Origin: Deferribacteres bacterium
Lineage (GTDB): Bacteria; Zhuqueibacterota; Zhuqueibacteria; Zhuqueibacterales; Geothermadaptataceae
DNA: 64,000 nucleotides
Direction of reading: 5' to 3'
Assembly (NCBI GenBank): GCA_020633655.1
Contig: JACKDF010000011.1
Location: 65,827 to 129,826, forward strand
This document shows, in pieces, positions 30,883 through 40,839 of the stretch. A model generated the notes under the pieces. The model did no database searches. It saw only the letters and a list, made by a program, of their open reading frames with translations, and was not told the origin of the DNA. Position 1 is the stretch's first letter. Every line of letters starts with the position of its first letter. The position numbers were made by a program, and so were the translations under genes.

Positions 30883-32316
30883 ATGAGCAAGTTACAGCGA
30901 CTATTTAAAAACACCCTCGTTCTCATGTTAGCCAATGTGCTGCAACCGGTAATGGCGTTTTATTTAATCGTCGTTATTAGTGATTTAATGGGGGCTGAAG
31001 GTCTCGGTGAATACAACACAATTTTTAATTATCTGCTCATTTTTCAGGTAAGCGCCGCGTTTGGGTTGCGGAATTTATTGACTCGTGATCTGGCTCAGCA
31101 TAAAGACAAAGCAGCCGCTTACGTTGTCAATGGCAGCCTTATCGCCCTGTTTTCCTCAGCTGCCAGCGCTGGATTAATGTGTTTGAGTGTCTGGCTCATC
31201 AGTGATGATCCAATAATACTGAGCGGTACCTTTATCGCGTCTTTATCGCTTGTTGCCACAGGTGTGGGTGATGTTTATGAAGGCGTTATTCGTGGATTCG
31301 AACACATTACCCAAATTGGCTATGCCTGGATAGCGGAAAATTTTGCCCGGGTAATCATCTGTTTATGGCTCATTTTTGCCGGGTATGGCATTATTCCCCT
31401 TGTTTGGACCTACGTGGCACTGCGTTTTCTTAAGATTGTTTATTACGGCTGGTACGTCAACAAGAATATTGTTCAACTCGTCCATCGATTGGAATGGGGA
31501 TTTGTCTGGGAACTGGTGGGCAAAACCAAAATTTTTGCTTTAACCGTATTTGCGGTAACGGTTTACTGGCGAGCAGACATTATTATGCTCGAGGCAATGC
31601 TCTCCGAACGGGATGCTGGTTTTTATTCCGCTGCCTATCGATTTTTATCCATCGCAATTATACTCGTCGACAGTTTTGTCAATTCTCTCTTTCCAGTGCT
31701 CGCAAATTTGCATATTGAAGAAGAGGAAAATTTTCATGGTGCCTGTCGTAAATCACTGCGGTTACTGGTCACTGCGGTGACACCAGTAGCCTTGCTCGCT
31801 TCTCTTTATGCTCCTGAAATTATTCACTTTGTCTTCCCAGATGAATTTGAACCCTCCGTCGCGGTTTTGCGCTTGATCATTTGGACGATCGTCCCGTATT
31901 CGATCTCACAAATTTTTGCTTATGCGCTTGTTGCGGCGAAGAAACAGCACATCGATTTAATGGTGAATGTCCTGGCAATGCTCGCAAACGTTATCCTGAA
32001 CTGGTTTTTCATTCCACGTTGGGGTATTATGGGAGCGACTATGGCAACGTTTATTTCCATATTTATTTACGTCGGAATTCAAACCCCCTTTGTCGTGCAA
32101 AAAACCATAATTTTTCCTACAGATGAAATATTCTCACGCTTCCATAAAATTGCCTTACCGCTTCTGGTTATTTTTCTGGTTTATCTCACGACTTCCGCAT
32201 TTTCCTGGCTCATCGTAACCCCAATCGCTTTCCTGCTTTATCTTGGCGCGCTGTTTGTTTCGGGTGGCATAAATAAAGGCGACCGTGAACTGCTGAAGCG
32301 TTTACTGAAACGCTAA
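30883..32316 (+). CDS. Polysaccharide flippase (Wzx / MOP superfamily)
   Basis: MSKLQRLFKNTLVLMLANVLQPVMAFYL... followed by about 12-14 TM segments. It sits at the end of the glycosyltransferase cluster. The track ORF starts at TTG 30835. Confidence 0.75.
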   Translation: MSKLQRLFKNTLVLMLANVLQPVMAFYLIVVISDLMGAEGLGEYNTIFNYLLIFQVSAAFGLRNLLTRDLAQHKDKAAAYVVNGSLIALFSSAASAGLMCLSVWLISDDPIILSGTFIASLSLVATGVGDVYEGVIRGFEHITQIGYAWIAENFARVIICLWLIFAGYGIIPLVWTYVALRFLKIVYYGWYVNKNIVQLVHRLEWGFVWELVGKTKIFALTVFAVTVYWRADIIMLEAMLSERDAGFYSAAYRFLSIAIILVDSFVNSLFPVLANLHIEEEENFHGACRKSLRLLVTAVTPVALLASLYAPEIIHFVFPDEFEPSVAVLRLIIWTIVPYSISQIFAYALVAAKKQHIDLMVNVLAMLANVILNWFFIPRWGIMGATMATFISIFIYVGIQTPFVVQKTIIFPTDEIFSRFHKIALPLLVIFLVYLTTSAFSWLIVTPIAFLLYLGALFVSGGINKGDRELLKRLLKR

Positions 32317-32807
32317 AGAAACAATTACCTGCCTGGAAGCAATTCGTCAAGTGGCGAAAATTCATCGGTCATCTTCCTGTTTAATCAAACCATTAAGTAA
32401 AGTAGCGCTCTCGACTTAATTATATCCTCTCATTTAAAAAATTTCTTCTGCAACATAATGAAACAGTGTTTGAGGTGAGCACAAATTTGCTGTTCACTGA
32501 TGAGACATCATGAACCGAATCCTATCCTAACCTTGCCTTATATCAGCTTGAATTATGAAGAAAATGCCACTGGCATAAAGTTTGTTAACGATGATGGATG
32601 ATAAAGCGATAATTAGATTATGTACTTAAATCTAATTTAGAGCGAGGAAAAGGATTCCCGCTCAATATAATATCCAGCCTTTTTTTAGGTGTTAAGGTTG
32701 GACCTGCCAATTCGGACCACTGTTCCCTTTTGGCAATCTTAGGCGTTTGGTCTGCAATCATTATTCGGTGACCGGGCGTGGTATTTGACGAATCAAGGAG
32801 AGAACGA

Positions 32808-35800
32808 ATGTTTACTCAAGTAAGCCGTGCAATGCGAAAAACTCAACACATCGTGGGATTAACCCTTCTCGTATTTGGATTAGGCAGTGCGGCCACTGTA
32901 AATGCCCAAAGCTGGACTGACGATTTCAATCGTGCGAACTCCACTGATCTGGGAGCAAACTGGTCTGAGGGCACGGGATTTGAAATTTCCAATAATCAAT
33001 TGATTATGCCAGTAACAGGAGAACCAGATGGATTTGATGGTTTTTGGGCCGTTTCGACTCAATCCATTAGTCCAAACTACGCGAAGATTACCTTCGGTTC
33101 CAATGCTGATCTTATCGGGATGCAATATACGGGTTTACTCGTCTTTGTTGAAAATGTCAACAACAAACCCGATGGTTATCTTATAATTCGGTCAAAAGGC
33201 AGCACCAATTATCAGGTAAAACTGTTTAATGTTGTACAGGGTGTTGTTAATCCATCCAATATTCAAGCGGTGACCTCGAGTACGAATACAGCACCTACGG
33301 TCGGAGGCACTTTATCTGTCGTTTTCACCAAATCCGGTAGCACAAGAAAATTTAATGTCTATCTGAATGGTAATTTGGAAGGAACAGTGACAGACAATAA
33401 CGGCTTGCATGGGGGGAGTTTGGCTGGCGTCATGGTGAATAACAATACCACGAATGGCATTGATAGTTTTTATATGGAGAAAGTTACAGATAATACAGCC
33501 CCTGCCGCCATCACATTAAATGCCGGCAATCCCACATCGAGCTCCATCGATTTGACATGGACAGCCGTTGGTGATGATGGCACTACCGGTCAGGCTTCGA
33601 GTTATGATATTCGTTATGGCACAGTGGCCATTACAGATGCTAATTTTGCATCGCAAACACAGATTACTGCTTCGGCTCCGAAAACAGCTGGACAATCCGA
33701 ATCTTTAACCGTAAATGGGCTTTCAGAAAGTACACCTTACTTTTTTGCAATTAAAGCTATTGACGAAGTTGGCAATATCGGACCAATTTCGAATTCTCCA
33801 TCGGCTACAACAACTTCCAGTAGTGGCGGCGGCGGTGGTGGAGGCGGCTATGTACCATCGACTATCATTACACAGACCGATGACTTTGAACGCGCCGGGC
33901 CAACACTTGGCGCCAGTTGGAGCGCGGATGCAACATTGAATATTGTGAGCGGGAGCGTGCAAACCACGACAACAGATCCCGATGCTTTTAATTATGGCGC
34001 CGTTTATACAAAAGCAGCTAAGCCGTACGAAATATCTTTTAAATGGGGAGCAAACGCCGATGCCAGCTTGCTGCAATACAGCGGGATTTTTATTGCAAAA
34101 AGCGCCAGTGACAATGCTAATGGTTATTTGATACAGCGACGAGTCGGTTCACCAGGTAGAACCGTTTTATATTCTGTTACCGCTGGTACACCGGGAGCGG
34201 AACTCAGTGCAGGAAACTCCATAAGTGCAGGAAATCCGGCACCTGGTTCTGAATTAAAAATTACGCTCGAATTTCTGGAAGCAGGCGAGTTATATATTCA
34301 AGTTTTTGTCAACGGAAGTTTTGACAGAGAATTTACAGTAGCAAGTCCAGGATTTGATCAGGATTCCGAATGGTGGGGTGGTTTTATTCTCAACAACAAT
34401 GTCGGCGGAACGGGAAATGAGATCGGTGAGTTTTCAGTAGGTATTGAACCTACCGGACCAACCGATTTAAACCTGATATCCGGTGGCAATCAGGAAACAC
34501 CAGTCGGTACAAATTTTCCCAATCCGGTTGTCATAGAATTACTCGACTCCAACGGTGATGCTGTAGTAGGCGAAGAAATCGAATTTATTGTTGATCCCCC
34601 CAACGCGGTAACTTTCGACAGAGTTGGTGATGGAAATATCCGTAAAGAAGCGGAAAATGGGACGATTGCAGGCGATGCAGGTATTGAAAATTATATGTTT
34701 GTGCGAACAGATGCCAATGCCTCCGGCGGCAAATATGTCACCTACGATGTTGGCAGTTCTTCGAGTGGACCTGACGGCTATGTGCAAATCGATTTTAATA
34801 TTCCCGAAACAGGCACGTATTATATCTGGATGCGATACCTTGGCAGCCAGAACAGCCAAAATATGTACAGTTATCAAATTGAATTAGATGAAGATGGGAA
34901 TAAATTTCTTTATGAATTAGGCTTTGCTGCCAACTGGCGCTGGGTAAAAGTACTGAAGAACGGGACGACGTTTGCGCCCCCGTTAACAGCTGGTCTACAC
35001 AATATTCGTTTCCATGCATGGCATGATCAAACCTGGTTGGATAAAGTCCTTATCACAAAAGATGCTTCTTATATACCAACCGATTTGGAACCTTCTGAAA
35101 GTTATGTAACCGACGCTAGTGGGCGGGTTTCTGCGGTACTTACAGCTGGTGATTTACCCGGCGATGTCGGCTTAACAGCGCGCTTTGGCGAACTGGAGAC
35201 GGTGGTTCCCGGGCTTTCCATCACCCCGGACGATGCCGCGACACTTTCGGTTGTTAAGCGACCTGGTGACGGCATAGCTGGTGCGGTGAGCGATTCTCTG
35301 ATCGTTCGTGTCGATGATGATAACGGCAATCCTGTACCAGGCTATAAAGTACACTTCGTCGTTACACAGGGTGGTGGTCGTTTGAATACGGCTGCTCCTG
35401 TCGTCACCAATTCCAAAGGTTTGGCTTATGTCTTTCTGACCTATGGTGCGCAAGCTGGCGTGAACATTGTAAAAGCTTATGCGCAAGGTTTGGCAGGTTC
35501 TCCTGCTTCTTTTACTCCATTAACAACTTCCGGTATTGCGAGCCAGTTGAGTATGGTGAGTGGCAACAATCAATCCGGTACAGCTGGTGAGGTGCTTGGT
35601 CAGAATCTTGTTGTTAAAGTGACGGATCAAGGTGGTGCAGCAGTGAAAGATTATCCACTTTCCTTTGTAACAATTGGTGATGGTGGAACAACCAACAGGA
35701 GTCAGCTTGTTCGAAATGGCGATCTTGAAGGCGAGTACGTCACAGCGGCGAACGGCAGCGGCGCAGTAGCACCAAGCTGGAATTCGTGGCGTGAAACCGA

Positions 35801-38800
35801 TGCCGCAGTCACCCACAGCAAAGTTTCCGGTTACCTGACCCAATCGGCGCAGCGGATAAATGTGACCGGAATGAATGGTGCGTCGATTTCACAATCTCTT
35901 GTGAATTTGCCGACGACCACGAAGAAGATGGCTTTGAGCTTTTATTATAAAATGACCGGGACTACCAATCCCGCAATGAACATTGAGCTACGCAAAAGTA
36001 CAACTGAAAAAATGGTTGAACTCGCTTTGCCGCCCCTTGAAGGCGCGTGGCAGCATTATGTCTATTATTTTGATTATAATCCATCTTACACGACATTGGA
36101 TTTACATATTATCGTGAATGCTGGAATGATTGTCGATCTGGATCAGATCCGCATCGACCATGTGTCCGATGCCAATGGGGAAGTATATGCAGCCTGGATG
36201 CTTGGGAATCCGGCCGGAACACAGCAAATCAAAGCTGAAGCCATGAAAGCAGGGTCACCGCTTATCGGTTCTCCTCAGACTTTCTCCGCGACAGCTGCTG
36301 CCGGGTATCCCTATGAAGTGAAAATTGTCCGTGGAAATGGGCAAGTTGGTGCAGTAAACACAGTTCTGCCTGTGCCACTGGAGGTACAGGTTACGGACCA
36401 GAGTGGCAATGGTATTCCAAATCATCCTGTGAAGTTTCAAAACATCCAGGGCGGTGGTTTGATGGATGGAAGTGCTGCGACCGAAAAGACCGTGAATACC
36501 GATGCACAAGGGTTTGCCTCTGTAACACTGACCCTTGGTCCCTCAAATAATGTCGATAATATGATTCGGTTCACCACCTCATATAATGGCACGGATCTCG
36601 TAGGAAATGGCGGCATTTTTACCGCAAGTACGGCGGAGCCAAGTAAATTTTCTATTCATTCCGGAGAAAATCAGGAAGGTTCGGCAGGTCTACCACTGCC
36701 GGAAGTAATCGAGATTCTGGTTCAGGATGTAAATAACACACCTATTTCAGGTTATCCCGTCAATTTTCAAGTGATTCAGGGTGGTGGAAATATTAATGGC
36801 GAGGTGCTTCTCGTTGTCCCCACCGACGAGAGCGGAATTGCCGCTGTTTCTTTTACTCTGGGAAATGAACCGGGTACCGTCAACACCCTCGAAGCCTCCG
36901 TTGGTTTCAGTCAGACAGCTTTGCCGATTAATGCGACGGCCGCAGATCTGAAAGAAATTGTTCTTCTGGACGGGAATAATCAGATTGGAACGGTCAGCTC
37001 GCAATTAGCGCAACCGCTCAAGGTCAAAGTGACGGATATGAAACTGAATGGCATTCCAAACTGGCTGGTGGAATTCAGTGTGACCGAAGGTGGAGGTCAT
37101 CTTGGAAATAATGATACGCGCAAGCAGGTTTACACCGACAATAATGGTGTCGCGCAAGTAGATTTTTTCCTTGGCCCCATTGCCGGAACAGCAAATAACA
37201 AAGTGGAAGCTTTTACAGATTACAAAGGTACCCGATTAACCGGATCACCCGTTGTTTTTTCTGCGTCCGGAAAAGCGGGTACGCCGCAAAAAATCGAAAT
37301 TGTCAGCGGCAATAATCAAAAAGGAGTCGTTGGTAATCCTCTACCGGAACCGTTGAAAGTCAAAGTGTCTGACCAGGCTGGTAATGGCATCATTAACCAA
37401 AGTGTTGTCTTTACGGTCATACTCGGTGGCGGCAAGTTGCAGGGCGCTACGACGCGTACAGTGAAAACAGATGTGAGTGGGTATGCGAGTGTCATCTTTA
37501 GTCTGGGTTCAACAGCTGGCGTTGATAACAATAAAGTCGAAGCCAGTGCGAAAAATGAGACAACACCATTGCAAAATTCACCCGTCACTTTTGTTGCGAG
37601 TGGCACGGCGAACAGTGCATACAGCCTGAATTATTCGATAGGAAATAATCAAACTGGCGCAGCTGGTCAAGCTTTAAGTGACTCACTTGTAGTTATTGTG
37701 AATGACCGTCAGGGCAATCCTGTTGGCCTGCATCCAGTTGAATTCAAAGTAACAAAAGGTGGCGGAAAATTGAATGGCAATATCGATACAACGGTTGTCG
37801 ATATTACGGACTCTCAGGGAAAGGCTATCGTTGCCTGGTATCTGGGAGGGGATCTCGGAAGCTCTGCACAGGAGGTGCAAGCTACATCCACGGACGGACA
37901 GGATTTATTGATAAATGCACCTGTCATCTTTAAGGCCACAGCTACGGCGGGTTTGCCCGATTCAGTCAAATCATTTATTGACGCTATCTCACCCGTAGTA
38001 GCAGACGGAACAACGAAATCCGAAATTGTCATTCACTTGCGTGATAAGTTTAACAATCCCTATGTTGGCGGATATGTCACAGTGCAAGTTTCCGGGAATA
38101 ATAACAATATACAGCAACCGTTAAGTGCTTCTGATGCAAGCGGTGTTGTGAAGGCGTACGTTTCCTCACGGGTTGCAGGCACTAAAACAGTAACCGCAAT
38201 CGAATTAACAAGCGGCGTCCATATCGACAATGGCACGACCATCCAATTCCTGCCACAAGCTGCGTCACGCATCGGCGCTGAGTCCGGCAATGGACAGGAA
38301 CGGAATGTTGGGACAGTTTTAGCCGATCCGTTTGTGGTGAAAGTTACAGATGTTAATGGCAATCCAATCTTTAATCACGCTGTTAATTTTGTACCTGAAG
38401 GCGGCTCAGGATATATTCTGGAGCAACAACCCGTACGCACCGATTCAAGCGGTCTTGCTGTTGTGAATTTCGTACTTGGACAGACGGGTTCAAGTAATAC
38501 AGTTCGTGCCTATGCCGATGGTCTGAGTGGTTCACCGGTATCTTTTATCGCCACGGCCCATTCTAATCCAGGCAGTATTATTCGGAAAGGGCAAGGCGAC
38601 GGACAAAGTGCTGCAGCCGGCGAACTGTTGCCAGAACAGCCCGCCTTGTTGGTTCTTGATAGCAACGGCGATCCTGTTTTTGGACATTTGGTTTCCTATG
38701 AAGTCACATATCCCACAGGTGATGGTGCCGGTACGGTTAATAATGCGGCGTCCGCACAAGTGCTTACCGACGCTTTTGGCCTCGCACGGGTTAACTGGCG

Positions 38801-40610
38801 ACTTGGACCCCATGTCGGCCCAAATATTATGAATGCAAGTGCGGCAAGTATTGCTCAGTCAACGACTTTTGAGGCTTATGGTACAAGTGGTACTGCTTAT
38901 GCACTCGCAGCTATCTCGCCAGTGACGCAGACAGGAACCGTGAATCAAAAACTGGCAGGTGGTCTGGCTGTTCGAGTAACGGATAAATTTAATAATCCTG
39001 TTTCTGGTGTCGTTGTGGCATATTCACTTGTCAGCGGAACGGGAGTTTTATCGGAAGTCCAAAAAATTTCGAATGCTGAGGGATATGTAAACGTTGATTT
39101 TACCTTTGGCTCAGATGCTGGTGAACGTATTATTCGAGTTTCTGGTAATGGCCTGACGAATTCCCCGATCAGCTTTAAGGTAACTGCACTAGCTGCAGCC
39201 GCAACGTCCATGACAATGGTTGATGGTAACAATCAGCATGGGACTATCGGTAAATTTCTTTCCTATCCAGTTCGTGTGAAGGTTACGGATAGTGATGGTA
39301 ATTCGGTTGTCGGTACTTCGGTTTCTTTTATCATCACCAGTGGTGGTGGGAGCATGAAATCTTCCCAGGTTGTCACGGATGAGCGTGGTTATGCAGCAGC
39401 AATCTGGAAATTAGGTCCACTTGTTGGATCGAATGGAGTCAAGGCGATTCTTGATGCCCGCAGCTCTCAAACAGTGCAATTTAGTGCGGAAGGCGAGACA
39501 AATAATTTCCCTGTCTTTGTTGATATCCAACCTCAAGAACTCTTTGAAGGGAGCTCTATTACCTTCACGGTTTCTGCTTCGGATGCGGATGGTGATCCCA
39601 TTGCTCTGACGGTAAAACAGAAACCTGCCGGTGCTGTATTCAATGTCAGCGGAAACAGACGCTTTGAGTGGACAACAGGGAATAACGACGCGGGCTTCCA
39701 TGATGTGATTTTTGTAGCTGATGATGGAAGAGGTGGTGTTTCAGAGTATCTTGTTCCTATTAAGGTGATTAATACGAACCGGGCACCGATTATTTCCACA
39801 TCCAATCCTGCAGCCAGTGCCGTATTTGTCGGCACCAGGCCGGAATTCGAATTCAGTGTCTCTGCAACGGATGCGGACGGTGATCAGCTCTCTTATTTGT
39901 GGTATCTCGATGGCAAACATGTTGCTTCAACGAGCGTGTATATTTACCGGCAAGGTTCAGGAGAATTCCACACGGTGAAGGTGGTTGTAACTGATGGTGA
40001 GCTGGATGCAACAAGGAGCTGGGATGTAACGAATTCGGTGCAATTAATCAATTTTTCTGCTTCAGCTTTGGCTGGGGAAGGAGTAACGCTACACTGGACG
40101 ACTGGCAACGAGATCGATAATTATGGATTTAATGTCCTTCGCAGTATCCGAATAGCAGATGGTTATGAAGTCATTAATACAGAAATAATAAAAGCCAACG
40201 GTTCCGGTGCTTACCACTATATTGATAAATCAGCAGTAGCTGGAGAGCGGTATTATTATAAACTGGAAGATGTCTCCTATTCCGGTGCAAAAAAAGAGCA
40301 CGGCCCGGTTTCAATAATGATGGCTGTACCCGAATCGTTTTCCCTCAGCCAGAATTATCCGAATCCATTTAATCCGGAAACAAATATTCAATTCCAGTTG
40401 CCGGAAAATGTTGATGTAACCCTTAAGATTTTTAACACCCTTGGTCAAGAGGTTAAAACATTGGTCAAACATCGCATGAATCCCGGTATCCATACCGTAT
40501 TGTGGGATGGAAGAAATAACTCAGGTGTTCGCGTTCCATCAGGCGTGTACTACTACCAGTTTATGGCTGGTCGGTATCACGAATCACGCAAAATGTTGAT
40601 CCTCAAATAG
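32808..40610 (+). CDS. Giant (~2,600 aa) secreted adhesin-like protein: LamG-like modules, FN3, CBM-like modules, ~13 Big_1/invasin-type Ig repeats, cadherin-like and PKD-like domains, T9SS C-terminal sorting domain
   Basis: The signal peptide is ...LLVFGLGSAATVNAQ, with AAGGAGAG upstream of ATG 32808. About 13 occurrences of xG(N/G/E)(N/G)Q.G..G..L..P(L/V).V.V.D..GN(P/G)(V/I) recur with a period of ~95-100 aa. EAENGTIAG is a CBM-like motif. SASDADGDPI and SATDADGDQL are cadherin/PKD-like. The C-terminus is FSLSQNYPNPFNPETNIQFQLPENVDVTLKIFNTLGQEV. Confidence 0.85.
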   Translation: MFTQVSRAMRKTQHIVGLTLLVFGLGSAATVNAQSWTDDFNRANSTDLGANWSEGTGFEISNNQLIMPVTGEPDGFDGFWAVSTQSISPNYAKITFGSNADLIGMQYTGLLVFVENVNNKPDGYLIIRSKGSTNYQVKLFNVVQGVVNPSNIQAVTSSTNTAPTVGGTLSVVFTKSGSTRKFNVYLNGNLEGTVTDNNGLHGGSLAGVMVNNNTTNGIDSFYMEKVTDNTAPAAITLNAGNPTSSSIDLTWTAVGDDGTTGQASSYDIRYGTVAITDANFASQTQITASAPKTAGQSESLTVNGLSESTPYFFAIKAIDEVGNIGPISNSPSATTTSSSGGGGGGGGYVPSTIITQTDDFERAGPTLGASWSADATLNIVSGSVQTTTTDPDAFNYGAVYTKAAKPYEISFKWGANADASLLQYSGIFIAKSASDNANGYLIQRRVGSPGRTVLYSVTAGTPGAELSAGNSISAGNPAPGSELKITLEFLEAGELYIQVFVNGSFDREFTVASPGFDQDSEWWGGFILNNNVGGTGNEIGEFSVGIEPTGPTDLNLISGGNQETPVGTNFPNPVVIELLDSNGDAVVGEEIEFIVDPPNAVTFDRVGDGNIRKEAENGTIAGDAGIENYMFVRTDANASGGKYVTYDVGSSSSGPDGYVQIDFNIPETGTYYIWMRYLGSQNSQNMYSYQIELDEDGNKFLYELGFAANWRWVKVLKNGTTFAPPLTAGLHNIRFHAWHDQTWLDKVLITKDASYIPTDLEPSESYVTDASGRVSAVLTAGDLPGDVGLTARFGELETVVPGLSITPDDAATLSVVKRPGDGIAGAVSDSLIVRVDDDNGNPVPGYKVHFVVTQGGGRLNTAAPVVTNSKGLAYVFLTYGAQAGVNIVKAYAQGLAGSPASFTPLTTSGIASQLSMVSGNNQSGTAGEVLGQNLVVKVTDQGGAAVKDYPLSFVTIGDGGTTNRSQLVRNGDLEGEYVTAANGSGAVAPSWNSWRETDAAVTHSKVSGYLTQSAQRINVTGMNGASISQSLVNLPTTTKKMALSFYYKMTGTTNPAMNIELRKSTTEKMVELALPPLEGAWQHYVYYFDYNPSYTTLDLHIIVNAGMIVDLDQIRIDHVSDANGEVYAAWMLGNPAGTQQIKAEAMKAGSPLIGSPQTFSATAAAGYPYEVKIVRGNGQVGAVNTVLPVPLEVQVTDQSGNGIPNHPVKFQNIQGGGLMDGSAATEKTVNTDAQGFASVTLTLGPSNNVDNMIRFTTSYNGTDLVGNGGIFTASTAEPSKFSIHSGENQEGSAGLPLPEVIEILVQDVNNTPISGYPVNFQVIQGGGNINGEVLLVVPTDESGIAAVSFTLGNEPGTVNTLEASVGFSQTALPINATAADLKEIVLLDGNNQIGTVSSQLAQPLKVKVTDMKLNGIPNWLVEFSVTEGGGHLGNNDTRKQVYTDNNGVAQVDFFLGPIAGTANNKVEAFTDYKGTRLTGSPVVFSASGKAGTPQKIEIVSGNNQKGVVGNPLPEPLKVKVSDQAGNGIINQSVVFTVILGGGKLQGATTRTVKTDVSGYASVIFSLGSTAGVDNNKVEASAKNETTPLQNSPVTFVASGTANSAYSLNYSIGNNQTGAAGQALSDSLVVIVNDRQGNPVGLHPVEFKVTKGGGKLNGNIDTTVVDITDSQGKAIVAWYLGGDLGSSAQEVQATSTDGQDLLINAPVIFKATATAGLPDSVKSFIDAISPVVADGTTKSEIVIHLRDKFNNPYVGGYVTVQVSGNNNNIQQPLSASDASGVVKAYVSSRVAGTKTVTAIELTSGVHIDNGTTIQFLPQAASRIGAESGNGQERNVGTVLADPFVVKVTDVNGNPIFNHAVNFVPEGGSGYILEQQPVRTDSSGLAVVNFVLGQTGSSNTVRAYADGLSGSPVSFIATAHSNPGSIIRKGQGDGQSAAAGELLPEQPALLVLDSNGDPVFGHLVSYEVTYPTGDGAGTVNNAASAQVLTDAFGLARVNWRLGPHVGPNIMNASAASIAQSTTFEAYGTSGTAYALAAISPVTQTGTVNQKLAGGLAVRVTDKFNNPVSGVVVAYSLVSGTGVLSEVQKISNAEGYVNVDFTFGSDAGERIIRVSGNGLTNSPISFKVTALAAAATSMTMVDGNNQHGTIGKFLSYPVRVKVTDSDGNSVVGTSVSFIITSGGGSMKSSQVVTDERGYAAAIWKLGPLVGSNGVKAILDARSSQTVQFSAEGETNNFPVFVDIQPQELFEGSSITFTVSASDADGDPIALTVKQKPAGAVFNVSGNRRFEWTTGNNDAGFHDVIFVADDGRGGVSEYLVPIKVINTNRAPIISTSNPAASAVFVGTRPEFEFSVSATDADGDQLSYLWYLDGKHVASTSVYIYRQGSGEFHTVKVVVTDGELDATRSWDVTNSVQLINFSASALAGEGVTLHWTTGNEIDNYGFNVLRSIRIADGYEVINTEIIKANGSGAYHYIDKSAVAGERYYYKLEDVSYSGAKKEHGPVSIMMAVPESFSLSQNYPNPFNPETNIQFQLPENVDVTLKIFNTLGQEVKTLVKHRMNPGIHTVLWDGRNNSGVRVPSGVYYYQFMAGRYHESRKMLILK

Positions 40611-40669
40611 ATAGGCGATATTGCTTGATTCCTTAAGTAGTTTCTTTTACTTTGATTCGTCATCAAATG

Positions 40670-40705
40670 AAAGCCGTGGCTCATAATTGTGTCACGGCTT
40701 TTTTA
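40670..40705 (+). terminator. Intrinsic terminator after adhesin gene
   Basis: AAGCCGTG-N14-CACGGCTT followed by TTTTT. Confidence 0.7.
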
Positions 40706-40839
40706 TCTGGATTTACACAACAAAGATGAATATTTTTGTGTAAACAATTTAACACTTTCGCATCTCGAATGTCTTGTTAAAAAAAAGTATATCAAATCCC
40801 GCCATCCTAGTTCTAAAAATTTGCAAATGGAACCCGATT

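Noticed and set aside
32571-32586. Sigma-54-like site TGGCATAAAGTTTGTT upstream of the giant adhesin gene
   Set aside because: The -12 element reads TTGT instead of TTGC, so the conserved GC is missing. The site also lies ~220 nt from the start codon. It is too weak to call without a PWM scan.
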